Origin: Licmophora abbreviata
Taxonomy: Eukaryota
DNA length: 34,633 bases
Direction: 5' to 3'
NCBI GenBank assembly: GCA_900291995.1
Contig: OLMU01001691.1
Span: 1 to 34,633 of the forward strand
The notes beneath the pieces are model-generated. The model did not search any database and was not told the DNA's origin. It saw only the letters and a list, made by a program, of their open reading frames with translations. Made by a program: the position numbers and the translations under genes. This document shows positions 10,416-20,600 of this stretch, piece by piece (position 1 is the first letter of the stretch; each line of letters starts with the position of its first letter).

Positions 10416-11171
10416 ATGTCTCGTAGCTTTCCTTCTCTTTTGGCTCTCCTAGTTTTGTTGACTTCACCAGAAGGAGTCATCTCTCAAGGAACGTCGCCTG
10501 GAGATGCTCTCGTGAATTGCACCTTGTGTCGCGACGGCGGCACGCCCAACGATCCCACTGCACGCGTCACGGTGGGCGACTCCACTCGGACTTGTCTGAA
10601 CTTGTTTGATCAAGGCGTCCTGGAGATCACCAACTCCTCCTGCACCTTTCTACAAGCCCGGGGCGTTGACATTTGTCTCTGTGAAGACGAGCTTCCCGCG
10701 GTCAACACGAACTGCACTCTTTGTAAAGATGGATCGGCATTGCCCATTGGGAATCTGGAAGGACTCCCGGGAAGAATCTGTGCCAAGATTCAGTTGGATG
10801 CTATGATGGATGATCCAGAGCGCTGTGGAGCCTATCAGAATACCGTCGGTGAGTATTGTGGATGCAATGCTACCGATGAATCGACCACGACCCCGATATG
10901 TAAACTCTGCGCCGAATATGACTTGCCGGATCCTTTGGACATTGACAACACGACGACGACCCTGTCGTGCGGAGAACTCGAGCTGGAAGCAAATTTCCCT
11001 AATGCCGACTGTGAAATCTTCCAAGGTCTGCATGAAGAGTATTGCTGTCGCAATGTCGTTGTACCAACGCCCATGCCGACGAGTTCCATCAGAAGTGACC
11101 CTCGCATGGCTACGACCCCGACGTTGCTGTTAAGTAGTACTCTCCTCTTGGTATCGCTCCTCTATGGCTAA
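10416..11171 (+). CDS. Secreted Cys-rich repeat glycoprotein with probable GPI anchor or C-terminal membrane tail
   Basis: Signal peptide MSRSFPSLLALLVLLTSPEGVIS starts at ATG 10416. Three roughly 60 aa modules of type CxLC..C..C..CxC/CC, several NxS/T sites, a Pro/Thr linker and a hydrophobic C-terminus (LLLSSTLLLVSLLYG). Confidence 0.75.
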   Translation: MSRSFPSLLALLVLLTSPEGVISQGTSPGDALVNCTLCRDGGTPNDPTARVTVGDSTRTCLNLFDQGVLEITNSSCTFLQARGVDICLCEDELPAVNTNCTLCKDGSALPIGNLEGLPGRICAKIQLDAMMDDPERCGAYQNTVGEYCGCNATDESTTTPICKLCAEYDLPDPLDIDNTTTTLSCGELELEANFPNADCEIFQGLHEEYCCRNVVVPTPMPTSSIRSDPRMATTPTLLLSSTLLLVSLLYG

Positions 11172-11287
11172 GAATAAAGGATGAAGTCTCTGTCTGTGTC
11201 CGTTCGATGCTTAAGTAGTAGTCTACTTGGCCTTGCAGCCGACAACCACGTCTACAGTCGTCTCTGTTTCTCCCCACCGCACTACTG

Positions 11288-12388
11288 TCATGCCCACACG
11301 AACCCATGCCCACTGGAAAACGTCGTATTTTCGTAGCCCAAGTGCCCTATATCCCCCATCAGACGACAACTGCAATATCCATTTGGCTTGATGATGAGAT
11401 ACGTCAAGGAGCAGTTGAAGACGCTCCAGCGCAACCACGCCTCGGGTGGCAACTGCAAGGCGCGACAGACAAAGTACCGAATAATATTTCCATGACCTAC
11501 AATGATTTCAAACTCGTGTTGATACACTTGCTCCTGACTACAAGTAGCGTTCTTTGGTTCGATATCTGCTCGATGCATGTACGTTTGAAAGGTAGACTCG
11601 ATGCGGTCGCGGTTCTCATCGATCTCGCGGTCGCCATCGATCTCGGGTCGAGCGGGGATCATTGGTGCGGGACTGGAATGAAACGTTACAACATACGTGT
11701 GAGTGATGGACTATTTCGTGGGGGAAGGCTCACAGCGTGGGCGCTGACGATGATATCAGCTGTTTCCTTGGCACGGAGCATATCACTGACTCGAAGGATT
11801 CGAATATTGCATGCTCCGAACTTCTCGTCGATGCCCTTGGCCATGACGGCGAGGCGTCGTCCCGTCAGCTCTGCCTGGATGCGACCGAGATCGGTCAATG
11901 TTCTTTTTTCGTCGTCCTAATGAGCAAGAGAAAGAGGCCACTGCTGAGTCGCAATCCTTATTATCATCAGGTTTGTTCATAAATTTCCTTGAATACTCTA
12001 ACATCGCTTCGCACGAAGTCAGTACTCGTATGATACAATATAGTACCTCATATGTCTCGTCGTACTGTCCGTGTCGAATCAGGATGATGTGTCGCGTCGT
12101 TCCAGGGACGGGCCGACCTTTCGACTCTACCAGTGCCTCCATGGTTGTTTCGGGTTTCATACGACCATCCCAGTTGTAGTCCCACAGCGGATAGGGCAAT
12201 GTCGGCTTCCACAGCTGCCTCTCCAGGCACTGCCCACCGAAGAGTGCAGCGTTGATAGTGTCATCATTCTTGGCAGGTCGCTTGCTTTCGTCACAACAGG
12301 TACGATCATCCGTCCGTTGGAAGATCCACGATACCAGAGCTGAACTAGCAGCTGTAATAGGGAAGCGATGCGATGCCGTGATTCTCAT
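11288..12388 (-). CDS. PGAM5: PGAM5-like mitochondrial Ser/Thr (histidine-family) phosphatase; exons 12388-12047, 11916-~11734, 11672-11288; exon 2/3 junction is out of phase (possible pseudogene, damaged allele or assembly error)
   Basis: WDYNWDGR (PGAM5 WDxNWD motif), RHIILIRHGQY, LTDLGRIQAELTGRRL, SDMLRAKETADII, EIIVGHGNIIRYFVCRALQLPPEAWLR and GDIGHL. Intron 12046-11917 is clean (GT-AG, phase 0). The second intron cannot be placed in phase. Confidence 0.85.
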
Positions 12389-12617
12389 GGGCGATGATGG
12401 AGATATGGCACAGTGGGCGGTATGTTTGTTTGTGACGATTCAGACTCGACTCTCACGAGTTTGTCGCGATGCGCGCGACCATGATGATGTCATCTGCGGT
12501 GATGCAAAACGTATGTACCGCGGTACCATCATTGAGACCAATAGAGACCAATCAGCCTTGTGTTTTGGTCTATGTTTGTTTCGTTTTCACCTCTCCTCAA
12601 AAGTATTACTCAACGAG

Positions 12618-14417
12618 ATGAAGCAGTTCAAGGAGCACGACGAGTCAGAGAGTCTGCTCGACAGTAGTAGTAGCAGTCAAATTGCTACTCACGTCATCAG
12701 CGATGCACAATTCGCCATCCGCCCGACACTACCACAGGCGACGGCGAGAACCTACATTGCAGGCGAGGATGCCGGTCGATTGGCATCTGTCGCTCGGCAG
12801 TTTGGACTGGAGGAAGCGAGGGAAGCGAGAGCTCCTGTTCGGAAAGCATCCATTCGACAACTCTTTTCCGATTCCCTTGCACTACGTATGCACAGCGTTG
12901 GGGCCTTGGGGGAGAACGAGCGCGTCGACGACGCTGGAACACTGCATTACATTTCGGTACGACGTCGACGGCGGAGAATAGCATTGTCATCGCCTCGTAC
13001 ATCGTACGGTGCCCTCAGCGACTTGTTTCATCTAAAGCCAATGGAAGATGATCAATCAGTTGGAGAAGCTGAGCAAGACGAAGAAGTAAACGTTGTCGAA
13101 GATGTTGTCGAGGGAGGATCGCTAAACGCTGCTATTTTCGGGATCATAAAGGGAACAGTCGGTCCCGCAATTCTATATCTCCCCCATGGATTTCAATCCA
13201 GTGGATACGTGGTCGCTGTGCCAGCCATGCTGTTTGCGACTGGAATGTACGTTTACAATGCTCATCGGTTGCTAGAGTGCTGGGCCGTCGAAAGCGAGCG
13301 GAACCACAAGATTGCTTCACAGATGGAACACGTTCGTTCCCTATTCCCGCACGACGATGGCGACGACGACAAAATGGTTTATACGACTAAGCTGCTCACC
13401 TATCCAGAACTGGCGCGTCGAGCATTCGGTCGTCTTGCGTTTATCGTGGAGTTCGGGATAGCGTCCATGCAATTTGGAGTGTGCCTGACGTATCTTATTT
13501 TTGTGCCTCAAAATCTGCGAGAGGCCACAAAGGTACTCTTCAAGTGGACTGTTCCCAAGTCCTACTTCCTTGTAGGCATGCTGGCTATTGTACTGCCTTT
13601 GAGCTGGATTGCAGACATACGACGGCTCACTCCTACGAATGTTGCGGCCACGTTCTTGATTGCCTATGGCCTTGTTGCGGTCTTAGTAATGGCTCTAGTC
13701 ACGGGCTCGGCCTACGACGACGGTACCCAAGAGCCAGTCTACAGGAAGAATCTAGAGTCATTGCCAGCCTGGACTGATTCTTGGTTCTTATTCATCGGCA
13801 CTAGCTTCTTCATGATGGAAGGAAGCATTACGTTGTTGGTGCCTCTGCAAGAAGCTGTCTTTCTCAAGTACGATAGAGCCAAGTTTCCAGCCGTCAACCA
13901 AACGGTCACGTCTTGGATTGTGCTGTTCTACATTGGCTTTTCCATCGTTTGTGTAGCGGCGTTTGGTGATGGCTTGCAAACGGCTTTGACCGCATCACTT
14001 CCTACGGGCACATTAGCCACTACGATACAAATTGCCTATTCGATCGCAGTTATTTTGACGTTTCCTCTGCAGGCATTTCCTGCCATGGAAGTTGCTTGTA
14101 AAGCTCTACTACCGCAGCGAAAACCAACGAGCACCCAACATGACATGTATGCAAAGCGACGAAGGGTTCTGGTGACAGCTCTTACATTGCTGCTCGGTGT
14201 GATTGCCGTCGTCGCGATCGACTTTCTGGGAAACGTTGTTAGCATTCTGGGATCACTGTTTGGCATTCCTCTCGCCCTCGTATTTCCGCCTCTGATACAC
14301 AACAGCCTCGTCAAGGACCGGAAATTGATGAACTATTGTGTCGTCGGCGTCGGACTTTTTGCAATGGGAGCGGCGTCCTTTGCTACCATTGCTTCCTGGG
14401 ACAAGGGTACCGAATAG
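12618..14417 (+). CDS. AAAP/Aa_trans family amino acid transporter (SLC36/AVT3-like)
   Basis: Long hydrophilic N-terminus followed by about 11 hydrophobic segments. Motifs 'IIKGTVGPAILYLPHGF', 'TYPELARRAFG', 'GVCLTYLIFVPQNL', 'FIGTSFFMMEG', 'TFPLQAFPA' and 'SILGSLFGIPLALVFPPLIH'. Start placed at MKQFKE because the upstream ORF extension overlaps PGAM5. Confidence 0.88.
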   Translation: MKQFKEHDESESLLDSSSSSQIATHVISDAQFAIRPTLPQATARTYIAGEDAGRLASVARQFGLEEAREARAPVRKASIRQLFSDSLALRMHSVGALGENERVDDAGTLHYISVRRRRRRIALSSPRTSYGALSDLFHLKPMEDDQSVGEAEQDEEVNVVEDVVEGGSLNAAIFGIIKGTVGPAILYLPHGFQSSGYVVAVPAMLFATGMYVYNAHRLLECWAVESERNHKIASQMEHVRSLFPHDDGDDDKMVYTTKLLTYPELARRAFGRLAFIVEFGIASMQFGVCLTYLIFVPQNLREATKVLFKWTVPKSYFLVGMLAIVLPLSWIADIRRLTPTNVAATFLIAYGLVAVLVMALVTGSAYDDGTQEPVYRKNLESLPAWTDSWFLFIGTSFFMMEGSITLLVPLQEAVFLKYDRAKFPAVNQTVTSWIVLFYIGFSIVCVAAFGDGLQTALTASLPTGTLATTIQIAYSIAVILTFPLQAFPAMEVACKALLPQRKPTSTQHDMYAKRRRVLVTALTLLLGVIAVVAIDFLGNVVSILGSLFGIPLALVFPPLIHNSLVKDRKLMNYCVVGVGLFAMGAASFATIASWDKGTE

Positions 14418-14696
14418 CGACGTCGAACTAGGAAATGTATCGTTCTGTTGGTATCCGTGTGGTGTTTTGGTCCGTATCGAGACAGATCGGTGCATCCGCC
14501 AAGTTCTGACCGTTGCATTACGAGTATTCCGGGCTCACTTTCATCATCCGCCTGCATGCAGGGGAGGGTTTCGCTATCTTACTTCCAACTACTGGATAAA
14601 ATGAAATGACACTTCTGATCGTTAACTCTCTTACAACGAGAACTCTCTAATACTGTCGTCAGCCCAACTGAGTTGACCTGCCCACGTTTCCTAAAC

Positions 14697-16489
14697 CTAG
14701 AATCCATCATGGTCCCAGTTGTACGGGTGGTTATACAACCGGTCCTGAAGACTGTCGATCTTGCACCACTGCTTGTCTCCTTCCTGTTTCGATCCCCAGT
14801 CCTTACAGTCCGTGAACTTCAAGCCGTGGGTGTTGCTCACATATTGGAGAGGACGATTCGTGTCCACAAAACCAGTGCCATCATTGCGGGGTTTTCCAGC
14901 GGTGTCAGCTTGGCATTCGTTAATTTCAGATCCTGCGGGAGCAATGCGATCAGCAAGCAGGCGCGAAAGCTCGTTGAGCTGATCTCGGTGAATTCGAATG
15001 GGGTCCTTCAAGAAACGCCAGTGGAGCTGCTCGAAGCATGGTGGGTTAGTTTGTGTGCCTTCGTAACGGAAGTAGTACTTTCGAGCGAGAGCGAAAAAGA
15101 GATAGTGTGAGTGGTTGCGTTGGTCAAAACTACACATTGGTTCGGGGCAGAAGTGCTACTGACCTCCGTACCCGCCTTGAACATCCACTCGTATGGATGA
15201 TACATGACGTGATCATAATTCATAAGGAAGCGATGCCCTCCTTCCGCAGTGGCATTGCTATGATACTGGCGTTCGTAATCACTATTGTAGTCTTCAATCT
15301 CCTGCCAAAAATCTTCTTTGGTATACGCGGGATCTTGCTCCCAATTCTCTGGATCGAGTTCTATGCGTCGCATACGTTCAAATTCATTCTCATTCCTGGG
15401 TTCGCTGGCAGTACGGAGGTTTCTTCCCTTTCTGTTTGCTCCCGACGTCGACGTGGATGGGTCAGGTCTGTTGAAGGGCCAGCATCCTGGATAATGCGTG
15501 GTGACGCTACCAAGCCCGCATCCCTCACGGACTTCGTCTTCGACCTTTCTCCACTGACAAATCAGCTTGTCGAGGAATGGCCAGGGCGCGACATTGTCGT
15601 AAACGTGCATGAACATTGCGATCTTTCCCATCTAACAAGTGCGAAACGATAAATGTTAGACTATCGACCGTAGCTTCAAAGTTTCGACATTTCTCTTGAA
15701 GTGCTTACCTCGCGATTCGATCGATGCTCCTCGGGAGTGAGACTGTAGCCATGAGACAGATGGACTTCAGCGTCGTATTGTTTGCCATTTTGAAAATGCT
15801 CACTCGGGACCTTGATCTCGGTACTGACCAACCACCACCACTTGTATCCCTTCGAGAAATCAACTCGAGGGAAGAGGCCACCGCCTTGGCCGCTGGGGCA
15901 CTTTGGCTGGTTGTCGGTGCCGACCGGCTGCCGCACGACGAGAGCATGGCGTTCAATACGAAATTGATTGGGAGTGACAGCCTGGGGATTGTCAATGATA
16001 TCCTTCCAATCACAGCTACGCCGTTCGTACTTCATCCAATGCCAATCCATAGGATCATCGAACGAGCTGTCGTTCGGGTTGCCGACGTCGCGGTTAAATT
16101 CCACGGGAGACTGGTGATGTCCGCCACATCTGTTAGAGCCTTCGGGGCACCACTCGCAGTTGTTTCGACCGAGTGACCACCCACGTGCCTGCGTCCACCC
16201 GTCGTAAGGGTAGCCGAGCTAGACGGAGCAAAAACGAACGGATATGTGAGTGAAATCAGATTCTAGGCGATTGCAGCCACAACAAGGCGCAGAGAAGTCC
16301 CGAGAAGAGCGAGTTGAGACGTACACATTCACCGGGGTCGTCGCAGGTAACGTCGTCCCAGTCAAGGGGTCCAAAATCACGACCATCGGTTTCTCTGTAG
16401 TTGAACTGATCGTCATTTCGAGCAATGACAAGCTTTGCCGCCACGAGGAGCAATGAAATCAGAGTTAGAGCTAACGGATTCATATTCAA
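14697..16489 (-). CDS. Secreted alpha-carbonic anhydrase-like protein; exons 16489-16325, 16218-15709, 15631-15164, 15077-14697 (about 507 aa)
   Basis: Signal peptide, then 'FNY..TDG.DFGPLDW', 'HHQSPVE', 'KVPSEHFQNGKQYDAEVHLSH', 'YYFRYEGTQTNPPCFE..HW' and 'TNRPLQ'. Three phase-0 GT-AG introns of 106, 77 and 86 nt join the four ORF pieces in frame. Confidence 0.87.
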
Positions 16490-16791
16490 AATGTGAAGTC
16501 AACAAACGACGTCGTGTAGGAGGCAGGCTGGTTCGCAAAGAAGGGCAAAAACAGACTATTTGACGGGATCGATGATTCGGATCTTCTGTGAACCTCTATT
16601 GTGAGACAAGCAACGAACTTGAAACTGCCCGCGAAGAATCCGCCATCTTGGGAAATTTTGTAAACTGGTTATATCATCCTACGTACTCGATTAGTAGATG
16701 TCATTTTTCGTACGATCTACCTACGTGGTGGCGGATCGTGCGACAAAACAAGTCTAAGTATTTTCGCTACTAAGCAAATTAGACAGAACCC

Positions 16792-16817
16792 AAATTTGAT
16801 TTGGACAAATCAAATTT
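16792..16817. repeat. Perfect 12-bp inverted repeat with 2-nt spacer (AAATTTGATTTG-GA-CAAATCAAATTT)
   Basis: Read directly from the sequence, about 300 bp upstream of the CA-like start codon. Confidence 0.9.
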
Positions 16818-17141
16818 CATTCTTGTGTTCGGAGTGTGAGAGGCGCCGGATCCTTGGTGCTGTGACGAGATTCATTCACCATGATCATGATAACGCGAGA
16901 TGACGACAACTGAAACGTTGGCGGGGTTCTCTTGGTACAAAGGATGTAGAGGCGACAAACTCCGTTCGGCTTGTGGATCCTCTCGATGCATGCATAGGCA
17001 ATGAGAAAAATGATCGGCGATACAAGAGTTCGTGGTGCTCCAAGCGCTCAGCCAGAGTGATTGTAAGCATGGCTCGGTGACATGACAGCTCGACATCCTT
17101 TCCAGCGAGAGGAACAGATTTCGATATCAAAAAATGCGTTT

Positions 17142-17191
17142 AAAGTTGTTGCAGTGTTCGACAAGCAAAAAGTTGTTGCAGTGTTCGACAA
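17142..17191. repeat. Direct duplication of a 23-bp unit (AAAGTTGTTGCAGTGTTCGACAA x2, 27-bp period)
   Basis: Identical copies at 17142-17164 and 17169-17191. Confidence 0.92.
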
Positions 17192-17336
17192 ACCATTGCC
17201 TTTCCGCATTATGCATGAGATGCATCGACGCATCAGCCGATCACAAGATGTCACAGAGGATATACGACCCGCTGTGGCCGGTCCGCCGTACGTTTGGTCA
17301 ATGCTCCCAGTCTTCAAAATTTAGACGCTTCTATCC

Positions 17337-17490
17337 AAAGGCCCAAGAGCGATCTTGCGAATATATAAAATTCAATGAAGTGTAGACACTCAAATCCAAA
17401 GGCCCATTAGCGATTGTGATAATTATGTAAAGGCCCATTGGCGAACTGAACTTTATGAAAAAAGGCCCTTAAGCGATTTTCTACTATGAA
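17337..17490. repeat. Four degenerate direct repeats AAAGGCCC-W-NN-RGCGA...TAT with about 31-bp phasing
   Basis: AAAGGCCC begins at 17337, 17398, 17429 and 17461 (spacing 61, 31, 32). Each is followed 3 nt later by RGCGA and then an AT-rich tail. Confidence 0.85.
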
Positions 17491-17660
17491 ATGAAAATGT
17501 CATGATATTGGTTAGGATGGTCAGATCGCTTCCAAATTATTCAGAGTTGGCGCCAAAGAACGGCTATGGGGAAGCCAATCGGTGCCCTTTCAAAGTCAGA
17601 GAGAGTCGCCACCTGACTACAACGGTAAAGGTGAGATCTTTTCAGGAAAAGGGGAACACA

Positions 17661-20600
17661 ATGATGCGAAAGACATCTCGGCTTTCTCATGATGCAGCGA
17701 CATCCAATGAGCGCGACGTTACTACCATGTACGAGCTCGATGACTACGAGTCGCAGCGGATCTCTCTCCAAAAAGGAGCTCAATTGTCGCTTCCTGAAGG
17801 GTCTTCCACATCCGAGGAGTCAGCTTATGCGAAACATAGCGAGCTTTGGGCTGACAGCGTGGAGAATCCTACCCAGCTCTTTCTTCGGTTGCATTACAGT
17901 CTCTGGGATCTGGCGATCAAGACAATTGAACAAAGGCCACTTGAAGCAGAAACGTGGATTATATCCTACAAATCTTCTGGGAAAACCAAGTCCAAGATAT
18001 TGCCCGCTCATGAGGCTGTTCAAAGGCAGTCACCTCCCTGCCACCTTGTTCAAAAATTGATCGCAGCGTACCCGACAGGACTCAAGTGCCGGGATTTCGA
18101 GGGGAATCTCCCTCTACACCTAGCCTGTAAAAACGAGCCCTTGGTACGAGAAGGACATGAAGTTATCATCTTACTCATTGAAGAATATCCCGAAAGTCTA
18201 TTTCTGGCCAATTCTCATGGCCGCGTTCCGTTGAGAATTTTGCAAGAGGTCGGCGCCCCCAACGAAGTACTTGACTACGTGAAACATCGGATGAACAATG
18301 CCAATGTATTTCACCCCTACGACGAATCTACTGACGCCGAGAGCCGTCACCCATCCGATCAACATGATGAGTCCTCCGAAAACGACTTTGCATCCGAGTT
18401 GAATCAACGCTTCATGAATACGTCACTGGGATCACCTTTTCAATATCTCGGAGCTCGACAGACTAGAGACTCGCCAGAGTCTACGCCTTCACAAGACCGA
18501 CACCAAAGATCGCTGTACCTAAAACCCTCGCTAGATGCCACAGACGCGCGGCGAGGCGAAGAGAAGGAGAGTGTCAAAAGAGTGGCTTTGCAGACCGGGC
18601 ATTTGCATGGGGAAGTTTCATCCGAAGACGATGCTAGTGGGAAACTGAATATCAAGCTTGCAAAGTGTATGAATGAGAACGAGGCTTTACATCAGAAACT
18701 TAAGAAACTCACGAAGGAACACACCGCAACCAAGACTGTTGCCGATGAAAAGGCAGTTCTTGTCGGTGATCTACGCCAGTCGCTACAGTCGGAGAGAGAA
18801 TTCTTCCAGCGGCAGTTGAAAGAGCAGCAAGGCAAGATGAAACATACTCACAAGGAATTGGCAGAGAGTGAAAAGCTTCTCGACGCCACGACGACCCGAG
18901 AAAACGTCCTACTTGCGAGAGTCGCCATGCTGGAATCCCGTCTTGAAGACAAGAAGGCGGAGAGTACGACATTACTCACAGCTTTGGAAACCGAAGAAAA
19001 GAAGAAGTCAGAACTCGTTGTCGGTACGCAGCTGATCCAAGCAGAGCTTGATGCCACCCGATCTGAGCTATCTCGAAAATCAATGGAGATTGACGATTCG
19101 AGGACATCGGAGAGGGAAACCGCTATTGCCCTTATCAACTCGAAGGAGAAAGAGACTTCTCTCACCAAACAGTTGGATGCCCTGAAGGGCGTGGTCACGG
19201 AGAAGGACGCCCGGATCCGAGACTTGACGTCCGAAACTACGAGCTTGAAGAATGACCAAGATGAACTTATGAGGTCTTTCGACAACAAGCTCGTCAGTCG
19301 CGAGAAAACAATCAAGAATAATACACTCGAGAAAGAGAAACTTGAGAAAGATATCATCGAACTGCTGGCACGACTTGAATCAAACCAGCAGTTGCTCAAA
19401 GAAAGGGAGCTTGCCAATCAGAAAATCTCTATGGAGCTGTCGAAGAAGACAGATGAAGTCACTGTACTCGCGTCAGAAAATGAACGATGTCATACTGAAA
19501 TCGAAAAGACTTCTGAGTGTCTTTCCGAAACAAGGGAGGCAGGCGAAAGGAAGTCGGCGGTTCTTAGAGATCTAGAGAGAAAGATAGAACAGCTTCACTT
19601 AGAACTCGAGCAACGTCTTGCAGAAGCAACGATTGAAAGCGCCGACAAATCAGACATAATCACACAGCTTGAGTTGCACATCAAAGAGCTTCGTGTCGAG
19701 CGAGAAACGTTAACTGAAAACGCGGGGGCAGAGAGGGCAAGAATGACAGAGACTATCCAACGATTAGAAAAGGAGTCAGAAGCACTTCGAGACGAGAACA
19801 AGGAGCTCCGCACTTCCGAAGCAGATCTCAGGAATGAGAATGTTTTGCTGGTGAAGATGGTGGAAGAAAAGTGTTCCCAGCTGACAACGATATGTGCTGA
19901 CAACACGGAGCTGAGCGCGGAGGTCACAAGGACAGAATCGGAGCGACAGACATTATCTGTGAAAGTGGACAAACTCCTTGGTGAGCTGCTCGATGCACAG
20001 AACAGACTGGACGTTGAGGAGACGGCTCTTGCTGAGACCAGAAGGGAGTGCGAATGTTTGAGCGCGCAGCGAATCGAACATGAGAATGAGAAGTGCCGCA
20101 GCGAAGGGCTAGATAAAGAGAACAAATCGTTGCGTGATACCATGGAGTCAATTCACATGAAGCTGCGAGCGGTGAAAGAAGGGGCCGCGAAAGCCCTTGA
20201 GGTAAACTTAGATGGAGCCTTGGCTGAGAATGTCATTGCAACGATGCATGCAGAGATGGAGAGACTCCGTCAGAAGAATGCTGATCTTGATCTCAAACTT
20301 CTAGGGGTGCGAGAAGCTGAAAAGAGTATCGAGGAGATGGCGGTTAGCAACGGTCAAGACCTAATCAAAATCAGGCCCCTTAAGGAGACGAGTCGAGCAG
20401 AAAACGAAAAATCTGAAAGTGGGAAAGAAGAGCTTCATATTGAGCTACAGTCATTCACTTTAGACGATTCGATTGTTCGACAAGACATAAACAATATGGC
20501 GGAATCATTGGCTTGTGTACAGAGAGAAAAGAGCAAGCTCGAATCGGTCTGTGTTTCGACTTCACGGAAGATGTCTGAGATATTGCAACGATTACGTTCC

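Noticed and set aside
12252..12617. N-terminal extension of the transporter ORF (also 6719-6829, 10164-10415, 31783-31983, 34251-34388)
   Set aside because: These use non-ATG starts, overlap a neighbouring gene, or precede a clear signal peptide. They are more likely UTR or promoter sequence, though not excluded.
16490..16900. CO2/cAMP-responsive elements upstream of the CA-like gene
   Set aside because: Only partial TGACG cores were seen, with no exact TGACGT/C in the proximal region.
17337..17490. CRISPR-like repeat/spacer appearance
   Set aside because: Cores are only about 16 bp and degenerate, linkers about 15 bp, no cas genes, and the context is eukaryotic.
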